Part shown: positions 39,700 to 52,838 of the stretch, in pieces
Position numbering within the stretch: position 1 is the stretch's first letter
Layout: every line of letters starts with the position of its first letter
NCBI GenBank assembly: GCA_951406725.2
Contig: OX597822.1
Coordinates: forward strand, 70,308,001 to 70,372,000
Origin: Octopus vulgaris
Taxonomy: Eukaryota
Direction of reading: 5' to 3'
Length of the DNA stretch: 64,000 bases
Notes under the pieces: model-generated
Databases searched by the model: none
What the model was told of the DNA's origin: nothing
What the model saw: the letters and a program-made list of their open reading frames with translations, nothing else
Made by a program: the position numbers and the translations under genes

Positions 39700-40806
39700 T
39701 GCATGTATATATACATATTGTATATATATATACATACAAACAGATATATACACACATGCCTATAAATATGTGTGTCTATAAATATATGCATGCATATATG
39801 TGTGTAATTATATATTTATAGTAATATTTGTTTATATATATGTATATTTAGTTGTGTGTGTGTGTGTGTGTGTGCATATATATATATATATATATATGAC
39901 TAATATATATATATATAATATATATTACATACATATATACGTATATATATATGTATGTAATGAAGTAGTAAAAGTGAGTCCATGTGTTGCAGAATATCTG
40001 CAGGATTTTAGTTTTGCATTCTCCTTTTTAAGACTTTAGCAAATTAATACATTAAAATTGCCCCCCCCCCCCCTCCAACCGCTCCATCTACCCCCCCCTC
40101 TTTGCCTCTTATCTCTTTCCTGCGCATTTTTATAATGCTGTCTCTGCGACTGATAACATTTTGCAAATCCCTGTTTTCCTTAATGGCAAATCTTAAGCTA
40201 CTGCTGGAAACATTGTTTGGGTATTAGTGTTCAATATTCAACAGATCTTGTAGTGTTGCTCTAACTTATTTAAATTTTTTTCTTCTTTTTAATGGGTGAT
40301 ATGGTTGTTGTTTTTGTATGCTTTTGTGTTTACATGCATAATAATGTACTGTGACAGTAAATCTGAAAGAAACGATGTTGACAATAACCATGGGGTCCAG
40401 AAGCGATGCTGATGAGCTGAACTGAAGAAATGCTTCCCAAGTTATGTTTGAAAACCTTACTTGTCATCTTTTTATATATTTTTTTTCTTTTATCATTTAT
40501 TTAATCTCATGTTTATTTTAAATCTAAAAAAAAAGAAAAAAAAAAGAAAAAGAAAGACAATCTCTTTGTAGAAAATGATAAAATTTTCTGAATTTAATTA
40601 ATGTCAATCAAACTAAAAAATAGCTTCATAACATTCATTGTGCGAATGTTATGATTAATTCTGCTAGTAGATGAAATACTAACGTTTTGTTTTTATCCCC
40701 ATCCCTCCACCCTCTGTTCCTCTACACTGCTGAACTATGCCACTCCCACCTCTCTTGTTCTCCCCACTCTGACAACTGTATCACGTTTACGACTCCACTT
40801 GTTTCT

Positions 40807-41036
40807 TATTTCTTTATTGCCCACAAGGGGCTAAACATAGAGTGGACAAACAAGGGCAGACAAAGGAATTAAGTCAATTACATCGACCCCAGTGTGTAAC
40901 TGGTACTTAATTTATCTACCCCGAAAGGATGAAAGGCAAAGTTGACCTCGGCAGAATTTGAACTCAGAATGTAAAGACAGACGAAATACTGCCAAGCATT
41001 TCACCCGGTGTGCTAACATTTCTACCAGCTCGCTGC
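40807..41036 (-). mobile_element. SINE family A, full length
   Basis: Reverse complement of the 56971 type; flanked by cttgtttct on both sides. Confidence 0.9.
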
Positions 41037-41048
41037 CTTGTTTCTACA

Positions 41049-41084
<36 letters not shown>

Positions 41085-41260
41085 AACTTGTGGCTCCTTG
41101 CTCATTCACTTTTAACCATACCCATTTTGGCAATCTGTCTCCCCATCCCTTCATTCTCTTTCCCAGACACTCTGGCAAACCAATTCTTCAACTCACCTAA
41201 TGCTTTGTGGAGGGAGGGGGTGCAACCTAGACACCTCATCACCATTATCTATTTCTTGCA

Positions 41261-41493
41261 AGGCGGCAAGCTGGCAGAAACATTAGCATGCTGGGCGAAA
41301 TGCTTAACAGTATTTCATCTGTCTTCACGTTCTGATTTCAAATTCCACCGAGGTCGATTTTACCTTTCATCCTTTTGGGGTTGATGAAATATGTACCAGT
41401 GATGCACTAGGGTCAATGTAATCGACTTAATTCCTTTGTCTGTCTTTGCTTGTTCCCTCTATGTTTTGCCCTCCTGTGGGCAATATAGAAACA
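41261..41493 (+). mobile_element. SINE family A, full length
   Basis: Perfect 17-bp TSD attatctatttcttgca at 41244-41260 and 41494-41510. Confidence 0.92.
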
Positions 41494-41649
41494 ATTATCT
41501 ATTTCTTGCAGCTCCTGCCTTTCATTTTCTCTTTCCCCATTCCCCCAACTACATGTGAGTATCCATGCAGACCCTTTACAAGAACCTGCATAGTTCAGTC
41601 CCCTCATCCCCTAGATATGAAGTCTGCCCACCTCCCTTGAGGGTTTGTA

Positions 41650-41850
41650 CTTCTGCAAGCTGCATGGCAATCTCAATAGTGCAGGTGGCACAGAAAAAAG
41701 CACCCAGTACACACTCTGAAGTGGTTGTCACTAGGAAGGGAATACAGCTGTAGAGACCTTGCTAAAACAGAATGCAGTTCTTGGATACATTAGATCCTGT
41801 CAAATTGTCCAACCCATACCAGCATGGAACTCAAATGTCAAATGATGATG
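41650..41850 (+). mobile_element. SINE family C
   Basis: aaaagcacccagtacac...aggaaggg.at.cagctgtag...tccaacccataccagcatgg..(tga)n. Confidence 0.75.
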
Positions 41851-42044
41851 GGGATTAGGATTACTCATGAATTTGATCCCAGTTTTAAAATTTAAGTTTT
41901 GTTTTTTAGTTGTTTTAAAGTGGTAAGGCCAAGCCCATAGCCTTTGGATGTGTTTTTCTGTAATTGAGAAACTGGAACAAGAAGGGAGTTTAAATTGCAT
42001 TTTATTAATGGTTGTTAATTCTTGGTGAGACCCAATTACTTTTC

Positions 42045-42370
42045 AGGTGCAGGTATGGGTGTGTGGTTAAGAAGTTTGCTTTGCAACCGTGTGGTTTCAG
42101 GTTCAGTCCCAGTGCATGTCTCCCTGGGCAAATGTTTTTCTGCTATAGCTGCAGGCTGGCACCCCATCGTTTGTGTGTATGCATGTGTGTGTGTATGTGT
42201 GTGTGTGTATATATGTTTTTCATCCTCCGATCATTTGACAATCAGTTGTTAGTTTGTTTATGTCCCTCAGCAAAAGAGACCACCAATATATAACAATACA
42301 AGACTTTAAAAAAAGTAAGTGCAAGAGTTGATGTGTTTGACTAAAACCCTCCAAAAGATTCCAAGATTAA
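42045..42370 (+). mobile_element. Degenerate SINE family B
   Basis: ggtgcaggtatgggtgtgtggttaag...ggttcagtccc...cctgggcaa, with internal (TG)n. Confidence 0.75.
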
Positions 42371-42946
42371 TCCAAGTGAGAAAAGTTATGTTCAAAAGTG
42401 TTCCAACCATGACCTACTTGTCAAATTTTTTTAAATGGAACTGTGTATATTACGTTGCATTATCTAATGAGTTCTTTTTTTCGTTTTTTTTAAAGCAATA
42501 CATTAGAATATTAGAGAGATTTGGCTGATGTTTCTGCAGATTGTTTAAGGGAAGCATAATGAATGTTAAATATACAGAGATCATAAGGGACAGGTTGGGT
42601 TGTATTTCTCCCATTTCCTAAAGTTGACAAAGGGCTTATAAATTTAAAGGGTTTCCCATGATTGGAGTTTTATGGCCAAAGGAATACACATTTATTTCAT
42701 TGATTTAATCTCAAATGTGAGGATTTGTGTTGGATACTATAGCCTGCAAGGCCACTTACCAACATTCCTGTTTGATACTCGCACCATTGAGTAATTTTTC
42801 ACTTTACCTGATCTGATATTGAGTAAGTTGTTGGGACAGAAGTTCTCTAATCTATTGTTGAAGACACTATAGGTTATTGATTTAAGTAGCTGCTGTCACA
42901 GCCTCACAACCACAATCATAACTTATTTGAATTGAGGCTGCATTAA

Positions 42947-43385
42947 CCCTTTAACATTTATTCTACCTGTTTTGTGTTCAAACTAACCAGATCCAGCCCC
43001 TCATGCTTATTCTACAATGTCATTCTAAAAGTAAGCAATCACATCAAAATCTCAAAGCAACTACAGTCACAACTCATTTGTCATGTGACTGCATTAAGCC
43101 TTTAATATTTAAACCATCCATATTTAGCCTAAATATTCTACCTGTTTTATGTTCAAACTAGCCAGATCCAGCCTCTCACACTTAGTCTACAATGTCATTC
43201 TAAAAATAAACAATCAAGCCATCTAATTCTTGAAGCTGGGAGATAATAGTATATGATTAATTCTTGAAGCTTGGAGATAATAATGCATAATTAATTCTTG
43301 AAGCTATGAGATAACACATGATTAATTCAAAATGATGTGAATAAATAAGCATAATATTTGACAGAGTAATCTGGATGCTAAAAGG
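42947..43385 (-). mobile_element. piggyBac-type MITE with a tandem duplication and an internal triplication
   Basis: Two starts (ttaa|ccctttaac at 42947, ttaa|gcctttaat at 43098); three copies of taattcttgaagct..gagataa; end gctaaaagg. Confidence 0.75.
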
Positions 43386-44957
43386 TTATGGTAGGGGATA
43401 GTCTAGATCTTTGACTTGGCTTCAGCACATTAAACGACAGGATGACACAAGCTCACAATTAACTTTTTGTAGACGTCTTCATGACTGTGACATTGCAAAA
43501 CTCGTCATGTTATGTAATTTTGAGTCTTAATAAAAAAAGACTGGGTTGGTTATGGAAACATGGAAATGTGTTGTCAGTAAGTAGTTCCAGTTGGCGGGCA
43601 GCCATCAATTTCTTGTTGTTTGACTCAACAATTGAACTTTCATCAAAATTACGAAGCAAATTAACCCTTTGGCCTTTAAATATATTTCACACAAGAGCCC
43701 AAAGTGATCATTAATTTAGCTATTGAAAAATATGTAAATTTTCTTCCTGAATACAGATCGATTTTGATTATGTAGTTTTTATTATTTTTGTATTGATTTT
43801 CCCCCTCTCACTTTTTACATTTTTAATGATTTATAACCCAATTTCAGAGAGTGTGTGTGAGTATGACTGAGAGCGGGAGCGAAAGGCTCATACACACCCA
43901 TGCACCTATAATTATAAATAATTATTTTCATGAATCAATAGCAATAACATTATTTAATGCTCATCTAATTTTAAGAAACAAACAAAACCTGCCCTTCTTT
44001 TAGCTGTATCCCTGCACCTATATCCATCCACCCCACTCACCCACCCACCTCAGTAAGCTTCATTTCTTTTATGTCAGCCTCTCCACCTCCTTCTCCACAC
44101 TATATCTCTTCTTCAAGTCATGTGACATTATGTGAAAGCGGATTAACTATAAACTTCAAAGGATTTTATGGACAAAACGTTCAATAACACGATTTTCATT
44201 TTAGAAGCTGGTGAATGGAAAGGAAAGATAGAAGCTTTCAGTTAAATCTCTCTCTGTCAGAAGACTTATTGATGCTATGTGTGTATGGGTACAGATATGC
44301 ACAGGTGTATACATACATGCACACACAAACGCATACATGCTCATCTCTTTATTTTAAGTACGTTAAGATATTCAATATGCTTCTAAATTTTGTTAATCTA
44401 TTAGAGGAGTAAGGGATGCCAGCTAAATTTGGTAGCTGCTTGGAATTGTTATGACCTTTACTACCAAATGTGATTTCCATGGCTTTCATTCTATTGAGAA
44501 TATAATATTTGTACAGATGTCATGACAAATGAGAATCTTGGGGAAAGTTGAAGGCTAAATTAATGATGACAAAGAGAGCAGTAGGTAGTTCCTGTTGAAT
44601 CCCCATTGTGAGATATCATTATCAGTTTTTTTTCTTCTTTTAAAGAGGTGAATAGACTTGTAGACTAATATTAATCAGTGGAAGAATTGTAAGCTAATTA
44701 TAGATGTGTGATAGCCGGAAAGTCTTAGATGTCTAGTTTAAAGTTCAATGGTTCAAATCTACTTTAATGTATTAACTTGTAATCTTACAATAAAGTTCGT
44801 TGTTACTTGGTTAAGTAAACTGAAGCTGAAAATATATATTGTTCTTCTGTTGTGTGTAACATGTTTATTTAGTATTAGAGAGCACATCCAGCTATAATAT
44901 ACATCTTCTTTAAAGTCACAAAGTTATATCTACATTTTCATTCAACCACAATAAAAA

Positions 44958-45190
44958 GTGAAGGTCTGTGCCCTTGTGGCTAGGGTGCTCCACTCGTGAT
45001 TGCAAAATTATGGTTTCAATTCCAAGACTGGGTGGTTCTTGAGTAGAACATTTCGTTTCACATTGGTTCCAGTTCACTCAGCCATAAATTAATAATCCTG
45101 CAAAGGATGGCATCTTGTTCAGTAGGGAAATGTTGTGATCTCGATCCCTTATGTGCCATTGAAATTGGGTAACTGGCCCTAAATGTTCAG
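44958..45190 (+). mobile_element. Degenerate SINE family D
   Basis: gtgaagg...gtggctaggg...ggtttcaattcc...ttcttgag...ccagttcactcagc. Confidence 0.6.
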
Positions 45191-45421
45191 TGGTTGACGA
45201 TTATAATAAAAAGGAAAATATATTGAAAAATTGACTGAAATTGCTTTCATTGAAAAAAGAAAAGTGGGGTTTGACTGATGGAAATCTTTAAGTTAGCCTG
45301 TTTTTTTTTTTTTTTTTTGTGGTGGTTTGGGGTGAAGGGCAAGGGTAGGGGTCATAGTGACTAGAATAAGGTATCTTTGATTTCAATGAACAAATATAAG
45401 ACAGTATTTCATTAGGGATCA

Positions 45422-45614
45422 AGATGGCAGGCTGGCAGAATCATTAGCATGCCAGGCAAAATGCTTAGTGACATTTCATTTGCTTTTACACTCTGTCAAG
45501 GTTGTCTTTGCTTTCTATCCCTTTTGGGGTCGACAAAATAAGCACCAGAAGGGGTTAATGTAATCAGTTTATCCCCTTCCTCGAAATTGATAGCCTTGTA
45601 CCAAAATTTGAAGC
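45422..45614 (+). mobile_element. SINE family A (B box deleted)
   Basis: 20-bp TSD cagtatttca(t/g)tagggatca at 45402-45421 and 45615-45634. Confidence 0.85.
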
Positions 45615-46541
45615 CAGTATTTCAGTAGGGATCACAATTGTTTATAATACCTGGTTGTTAGATTTAAAAAATTTGTGGTGTGAATTGGTGGCTCATTGTT
45701 CAAAATATCCGCTTCTGTATCTCGTTACCTGACTATTCATACCTTTAACTAGTCTGTAAAGCGTCACTGCTATTTTACAACAAAGCAGTAAATATTAGGA
45801 CAAATACCAATTAATAAAATGGATGCTTTCTAAGCTCAGCCTCATTCTCTCACATCAGCATTTCTCTTTGTCTATTTATATTTTTCTCACATGTAGAAAA
45901 TAAAAGATGTAATTATTTACTGAAAGGATATAATAGTGTTATTAAACAAATCTATTCAATTGTACAGAAGCAGCTGTTCCAGACAAGAGCAGTTACAGTG
46001 TTTCTAGAACAAGTTTTATTGATGATACTGCAGAAACTCATAATGAATGTAATATTGCTGTAGGACGGTCTGTTTGATAATTTCTACTTCTCAGATAAGA
46101 TGCATTTATCTTAATTTAGAAGTAATATTTTGTGTAAGTTATTTCTTTGCTCTTTGTAAACAAATATTTTTTTAACTTCTTGAGTTTCCAAGAAGATAAG
46201 GTATTCAGGCATTTCTGTTGTTATTTATTATCACATTTATAGTTTTCTTTGAAATTGTGCATGAGAATGTCCTTTTGAGCTCATAAGAAGAGCCTTAATA
46301 TTCGGTTAGCGTTCTTCATGTGACTGTTCTATATCGAGCTGGTTATTGTAGAAAGTAGTTGACCTGCAAGTCCAAACTGTTGAAGCAATCAATATAAGTT
46401 GATCTGTAAAGTGAGAAATGACAAATATCAATTTGTAAATATAAATAATGAGTAATTTATGAGCCATTGTGGTCTTTAAAATGCACATTTGTCATAAGCT
46501 CCTTCCTAATTTCTGTAGATTCTTCAGTTTAATCTCTTTAA

Positions 46542-46753
46542 CTCTTTAGCATCCAGATTACTCTGTCACTTGCAATGCTTATTTATTCACATTACTTGGT
46601 ATTAATCAAGCATTATGTCATAGCTTCAAGATTTTAATGATGTGGTTGTTTGCTCTTAGAGTGGCATTTTAGGGTAGGTGTGAGAGGCCAAATCTAGTCA
46701 GAATACAAAACAGAATATTTGGGCCCGGTTTGGCTGGTTTAAATTCTAAAGGT
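46542..46753 (+). mobile_element. piggyBac-type MITE, degenerate
   Basis: ttaa|ctctttagc ... tctaaaggt; interior homologous to 15928-16148. Confidence 0.8.
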
Positions 46754-47418
46754 TTTAAGGAAGACATCAGTCATAAGAATGAAACTGATACTTTTGCTGT
46801 GAAGTATGATGTTTTAAAAACAATGATTTTGTTCACTGGCTGTTTTAGACATTTCAATCTTTTTGCTGTAAAGTTGTAGAAATGCTTGGTGTCACTGATT
46901 ATTCTATTGTGGCTCATCTCATCATTAACAACACTGTAGTCAATGACTCATGGATTATATCACACAACTATCTTTACAACATGGTCTTATAGAGGCTGCT
47001 GTGAACTTTAGCTTACCACTAATTTGACTATTATTATTCTAAGTGTCAGCAGGTTTGTTAAGATGGAGCAAAGGATAAAGTTTAAAAGCTATCTGAAGCA
47101 GAACCTTGGTGGTTGGCTACATTTACATTTTGGTGAATACTAGTTCCACAAATAGCATATCCTTTGGTTCTCAATAAGCTTATGTGCCATATGAAAAATT
47201 TGAATCCTTCTATTGTTCCACTTTCTCCTTTTTTTTTTTACTGTTATTACATAAACCTCTTGCATAAATTGTCTCGGCTTAATCTAAGATGATGGTTAAA
47301 GCGAAAAAGAGAACATAATAATTGTTAGCTGTCAAACTTGGACTATAATCATTGGATGAATGTTTTAGTTTACACTAATGGCATAGATTATATGTGTGTG
47401 TGTGTGTGTGTGTGAGTG

Positions 47419-47450
<32 letters not shown>

Positions 47451-47745
47451 TACTACTATCTTATGTCTGTTATCCATGCTTGCATGGATTGAACGAGCCT
47501 TCTCCTACATAACATCTTGCCACTTGTGGTCCTCTGTCATCTTCTTCATGAAGTTTACTATTTGAGATTAGCCTTCATCACATTTTCCCATATCTTCCCT
47601 AGTCTTTTTCCTGACTCAGGGTCCTTCCAGTCCGATCACTTGCCACTTCTTTTCCTTCATATGCATCACACGTCTTCTTCCCAGTACGTCTGATTCCTCT
47701 TGTATCCAGCTTTTCTCTCAGCTTACTTGTCCTTCTCCATCATTC
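47419..47745 (-). mobile_element. 3' end of an RTE-like LINE sharing its tail with SINE family C
   Basis: Minus strand LREKLDTRGIR...VMHMKE...RLGKIWENVMKANLK...MTED, then aatccatgcaagcatggataacagac...(GAT)n. Confidence 0.7.
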
Positions 47746-47816
47746 ACCTTCAGACTGATATTTAATTTGCAACAAAACATACTAGTCTCATTTCTTTCCC
47801 CATTTTTTCGGACCTT

Positions 47817-47990
47817 AAAGCACCCACTACACTCACAGAGTGGTTGGCGTTAGGAAGGGCATCCAGCTGTAGAAACACTGCCAGATCAGACTGGGCCTGG
47901 TGCAGCCTTCTGGCTTCCCAGACCCCAATTGAACCGTCCAACCCGTGCTAGCATGGAAAGCGGACGTTAAACGATGATGATGATGTTGAT
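47817..47990 (+). mobile_element. SINE family C 3' part (young-looking, CpGs retained)
   Basis: gagtggttggcgttaggaagggcatccagctgtagaaa...gcatggaaagcggacgttaaac(gat)n. Confidence 0.9.
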
Positions 47991-48298
47991 TACCAGGTAA
48001 CATCCATAATAACATTGTAAAGAATAGTATTTTGAAATAGTCCCACTATCAAGGCCTAGTATGCAATTTATTTATTTTGTAATTTAGCCTCTGAGATGCC
48101 TCAATTCTGATAATGACTTTGTTTGGAATGGATAGACTACAGCAAACAACAATTATCTGAGACAGTGAAAATATTGAGAATAGATGGACAGAAAGATTGG
48201 GATCTCTGGATTGAAAAGTTCTTAGAATCCTCTAATTCTCTAAGCCATATTAACTTTTTTTCTGATGTTGTTACAGTTACTTCACCCACACAAACATT

Positions 48299-48336
<38 letters not shown>

Positions 48337-48359
48337 CTACCCCACCCCAAGCACAGAGT

Positions 48360-48565
48360 CATTATTATTTTGATGTCCATTTTCCATGCTGGTTGGGTTT
48401 GGCAAGATTTGGTGAGTTCCAAGGCCATGTCAAGCTGCAGTGTCAACTTTGGTATGGTTTCTATGACTGGACGCTCTTCCTAACGCAAATCAGTTTACAG
48501 AGTGTACTGGGTGCCTTTTTTCGTGTGCCACCAATGCTAGTGAGGTTGCTGTGTAAACTTGCAGA
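48360..48565 (-). mobile_element. Degenerate SINE family C
   Basis: gtccattttccatgctgg..ggg...ggtttcta..actggacgctcttcctaacgc. Confidence 0.75.
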
Positions 48566-49734
48566 ACAAGAATAGAAGAGGCAAAAAAGTAAAGGTTTCC
48601 CACTAAGAAGATGTGGTCTGAGTAGTGGAGGTCTCTCTCTCTCTCTCTCTCTCTCTCATATGTGTGTGTGTGTGTGTGTATTAAAAGGCTTTGTTGTCTG
48701 TAAATATTATTTATACTTTCGGGTAACCAAATGACACAGGGTTGCGCTGGTGTAAAAGTTGAGCTGATGTAGTTGGTGCAGTGAGACATGTAGCGTGTGT
48801 ATGCATGTTTGTGAGCTTGCGCACACGTGCACATGTACTTATTGACAGTTTGGCTCACTCTGTTTTTTTTCTCTCCCTCTCTATTTCTAACACACACACA
48901 CCCTCTCTCTTCCACTTTCTCTCTTTCCCTATCTCTAAGTGGATATTCAATTGTTTTCAAATGTAGCTTTGCAGCAAATTGTCCTTTTTTTTCATCATTC
49001 ATCTCCCTCTCTCTCTCTCTCTTTTTTCCCCTCCTTTTCATTTTGTTCAAAACTGACAATACGATATACGTTATTTATAAACACTGGATAAAGTGAAACC
49101 TGTTGCAACAAGCTGAAGCCAAACACAACTTTCAGTTAAAATGAGCGCATCACGCTCAAGTCTGAAAAAAAAAGTAATCAAAAAACAAAATTAATATTCA
49201 ATTCTCTTATTGTTAAATTATATAGTATAGTCAGTAAAAAGAAACATTAATACCGAGTTCTTTTCAGAATATATGTATACATATATCCTTTGTGTGTGTG
49301 TGTGTGTGTGTGCGATGGTACATATATATACAGACATATGCCTTATATAAAATACACACACGCATACACAGAACCCCTCATGATTGTAGTGATGATGGTA
49401 ATGAACGTTTTTTAAAATCAACTTCTTGAAGCTTGCATGGGTCGGATAAAGGTTGTTGAAGCAGTTTCTTCTACAGACAGATGGTCTTCTTGTTATTGAT
49501 CTTCACCTGTTTCCATGTAAGGTAATATTTCCCTGTCTCCTTTGAATGATGGGCAGTTTGGTGGCCAGGCATATTTTTACAGAGGATTGTAAAGAAACTA
49601 TACACTGTTTGCATGACACTGAGATTAAATCTGGATCCTCTATGGTGCAGAATTTCACGATGCTAATAATAACGATGCACACAAAAAACTAAGATACCTT
49701 CATATATTCTGTACGATAGATAAGCAAATATGAT

Positions 49735-49970
49735 TTTAGAGCCAGCAAGAGAACGTCTACATGGTTAATTGACTCATTAGAAATGGCAGTCAAATCTCTC
49801 TCAACCCACATCTTAACATCTTATGAAGAAAAATGTATTGGATAATATAGTCATAGTGACACCATGTCTAAAAAAGAATGGAAAAGTCAGTGGTGGAATG
49901 CTTTTGATCATAAGTTTTCTCGATCAGAGCTGACTCATACCTTAACAACAACAACAACAACAGCAACAAT
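49735..49970 (+). mobile_element. Interspersed repeat with a (CAA)n tail; related decayed copies at ~11434-11630 and ~42380-42545 (minus)
   Basis: Shared motifs cagtcaaatctctc, ggataat, ggaatgcttttga and the caacaac tail. Similarity judged by eye. Confidence 0.45.
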
Positions 49971-50079
49971 AGTAACAAGCAGTGCAAGATATATGCAGCA
50001 TATTGTGTTGTGTTGGGGTTAATTGTTTGACAAAATTTGTGACTTTAGCCATCCCATCATTATTTGTGGGGGTTAGATC

Positions 50080-50290
50080 TTTCACCACACTGTTTTCATA
50101 TTGGCATAAATTGGATGGCATGACAGAATCCAGCAAGCTACAGGGCTGCATTGAATTCCAACATCAGTTTTGGCATGGCCTCTACAGCTGGATGTCCTTC
50201 CTAACACTAACCTCTTCCTAGTATGTACCAGGTGCTTTTCTTGGGCCACCAGCACTAGTGAGGTGGCTGAGTAGCTTACAAGGCAGGAGA
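50080..50290 (-). mobile_element. Degenerate SINE family C
   Basis: ttggcatggcctctacagctggatgtccttcctaacactaac. Confidence 0.7.
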
Positions 50291-51195
50291 AGAGCAGGAA
50301 AAAGAAAAAAGCTTCCTTGACTAAGTAGGAGGGAGGGTTAAAGAGTGGGAGGTGGTTTTAGACCAGATGTTGAGAGGCTAAAGTGCAATAGAAGGACAGC
50401 TGCAGGTGTCTTGCTACTATAGTGAAGATGCATGACCACCCTGCATTATATAAGGTTGTGTGACAGTGGTTGAGAAGTTAAGATGATAGTGAGGTGGGTG
50501 CCAGAGCAAACCCACAAAGTACAAGAAGGTGAAAGTTAGAGAGGGTGCGGGCAATGGATCAGTGGAGGGGGTAGTTTCATAAGTGCATGAGGGTAGAGTG
50601 ACAGATGGTTGGAGATGGGGGTAGGGGTGAATGTAAGGAGTGATGAACAAAGATGAAGGGGTAAGATGGGAGAGAAAGATGTGGCTCAGGGAGGATAGAT
50701 CAAGAAGCAGGGGATTGTGCAATATATAAGAGTGGGTTATCATTTTAGAGATGCTGAACTGTTTCCTAAAGAAAGATTAATCTGTGGCATGGAGCAGATT
50801 GAGTGATTATACAGAAGACAATTCATTGAATTTTTTCAAATGACTCCAGCTTTTGTGCCTTGTGTCTCATTGGTTCGAAGGAAAATTTGACTTATGTTGA
50901 ACTGCAGGCTATTCTTTTTCATTTGCTACATTTCAGCATGATATGTTCCTAATTAACAGAGCTGCTGTTCAAGGTCTTAATGTTGTCTTTTGTGATGCCA
51001 TGAAATATCTTTTTGGATTTGCGCTGGAGGCGCTTACTGAGAATTAATTTACTATAAAATAATTCCTTCAGAAATCTGTGATCATAAAACCAGATATGTT
51101 CAACCCACTGCATATTATATTTGACGAAGCAAACTTTCATATTCAGACAAGCTGCTCTTTGTTGTACTTCTGTTTTTCACATAAAAGATTTCCAG

Positions 51196-51795
51196 CGGGT
51201 ATGGCTGTGTGGTTCTAGAAGTGTGCTTCCCAATCATATGATTTCAGGTTCAGTTTACTTCCATTGCCATGGGTTGTCCAAATCCTTGTGAGTGTATTTG
51301 GTAGACAGAAACTGAAGGAAACCTGCCGTGTGTGTCGCTCCTTGTCCCGACTTTCCTTGATTCTTGCAAATGGATGTCATTCATTTCCAATATTCTGTGA
51401 AAACATGTCAGGCTATGTGGAAATATTATCTTGTTTGGAAACATGTTAGAGTTGGTGATGGAAGGGTGTTCAGCTATAGAAAATTCACCTGTTAAGGCGG
51501 CATGGTGGCAGAAATGTTAGCACGCCGGGTGAAATGCTTAGTGGTATTTCGTCTGCGGTTACGTTCTGAGTTCAGATCCCGCCGAGGTCAACTTTGCCTT
51601 TCATCCTTTCAGGGTCAATAAATTAAGTACCAGTTACGCACTGGGGGTTGATGTAATCCACTTAATCCCTTTGCCTGTCCTTTTTTGTCCCCTCTATATT
51701 TAGCCCCTTGTGGACAATAAAGAAATAAGAAAATTCACCTGTCCAAGTTATGCAAACATGGAAAAGTGAACATTAAAAAAATAATATTGATGATG
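51196..51795 (+). mobile_element. Chimeric SINE (B head, C tail) interrupted by a SINE A
   Basis: B head tatggctgtgtgg...ggtagacagaaactgaa. C part ggaaggg..tcagctataga and tail gcaaacatggaaaagtgaacattaaa. Confidence 0.7.
51495..51727 (+). mobile_element. SINE family A, full length
   Basis: Perfect 15-bp TSD agaaaattcacctgt at 51478-51492 and 51728-51742. Confidence 0.92.
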
Positions 51796-51945
51796 TTTAG
51801 AAACGTCTGGTAAAAACCCTTTCAAGTGTTTTTTGACACAAGGATCCATGTCAAAGATGAATATAAGCTAGGATGTGATGACACGAGCATTGTAGATGCA
51901 AAACTTGGTGGGAAGTTTCAACTTCCTGTCTGACCAGAGAGTGGA
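51796..51945 (-). pseudogene. Decayed RTE-like reverse-transcriptase fragment
   Basis: LWSDRKLKLPTKFCIYNARVITS/LYSSLTW/KTLER/FYQTFL matches the RTE motif LW..R.L...TK..IY.A.V...LLY..ETW....LE.FH..CL. Confidence 0.65.
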
Positions 51946-52742
51946 TGGGTGTGAGAGGTCAGAGGGAGGAGGGAATGTTGGCTTTGTAGAAAGATTGATG
52001 ATGGCTTCTGTTGTTGTTGTTGTTGTGGTAGTTTTAGTACATGTAGGTCCAGTGTCATCTCTCCTTATGCATGCAGCGTTGCCCAATGAGAGAGATGTGC
52101 GAGTGTCACAAAGATGAGATTGCTGGATAAGTCCAAAGATATCCCTGCTTGAGCGATATGGTAGACAGAGAAAATTGGAAAAGATTCGCTATCTTCCAGA
52201 ATTCGAACAGGAGCATGTAGGCAAATGAGTGATAGAAAAATAGGTGATGGAAAAGATAGTCTGGGGAAAAGGTATCAAGAAGCTGGAAAGGCAGCAGATA
52301 TAGGTAGAAAAATTGAGAACATATTTAGGTGAGAGACTCAAATATTATGCCTCACATGCTCCTTCACTTTTTCATTGCTTGTTTTGCCATGCTATCATGG
52401 CTGGGATGGTCCTCTCCAGCATTTATATGTCATCAATCATCATGGTCTCCTGTCACCCCCTCTATGAAGTTCAAAACCCTGAGGTCAGTTTGCATCACTC
52501 CCTTTATCTTATGTGTTCCTTGCCCTTCCATTTCCATAGGTTCCATCCATTTGGAATGGCTTACACTACATCATGTGTGAGCATACACACACACATTTAT
52601 GTATTTGTTAAAACTTTTCCTTCCCTTCTTCCTTTCACATTCATTGTTTAATATGCATTTGTATGCGTGTATAATATACATACATATAAGTATGTATAAA
52701 AACATACACATATAAGCATTTGTGTGTGTGTGTGTGTGTGTG

Positions 52743-52795
<53 letters not shown>

Positions 52796-52804
52796 CATTT
52801 ATGT

Positions 52805-52835
<31 letters not shown>

Positions 52836-52838
<3 letters not shown>

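Noticed and set aside
40405-40435. ctgatga...gaaa as another hammerhead
   Set aside because: No stem II or stem I/III pairing could be built.
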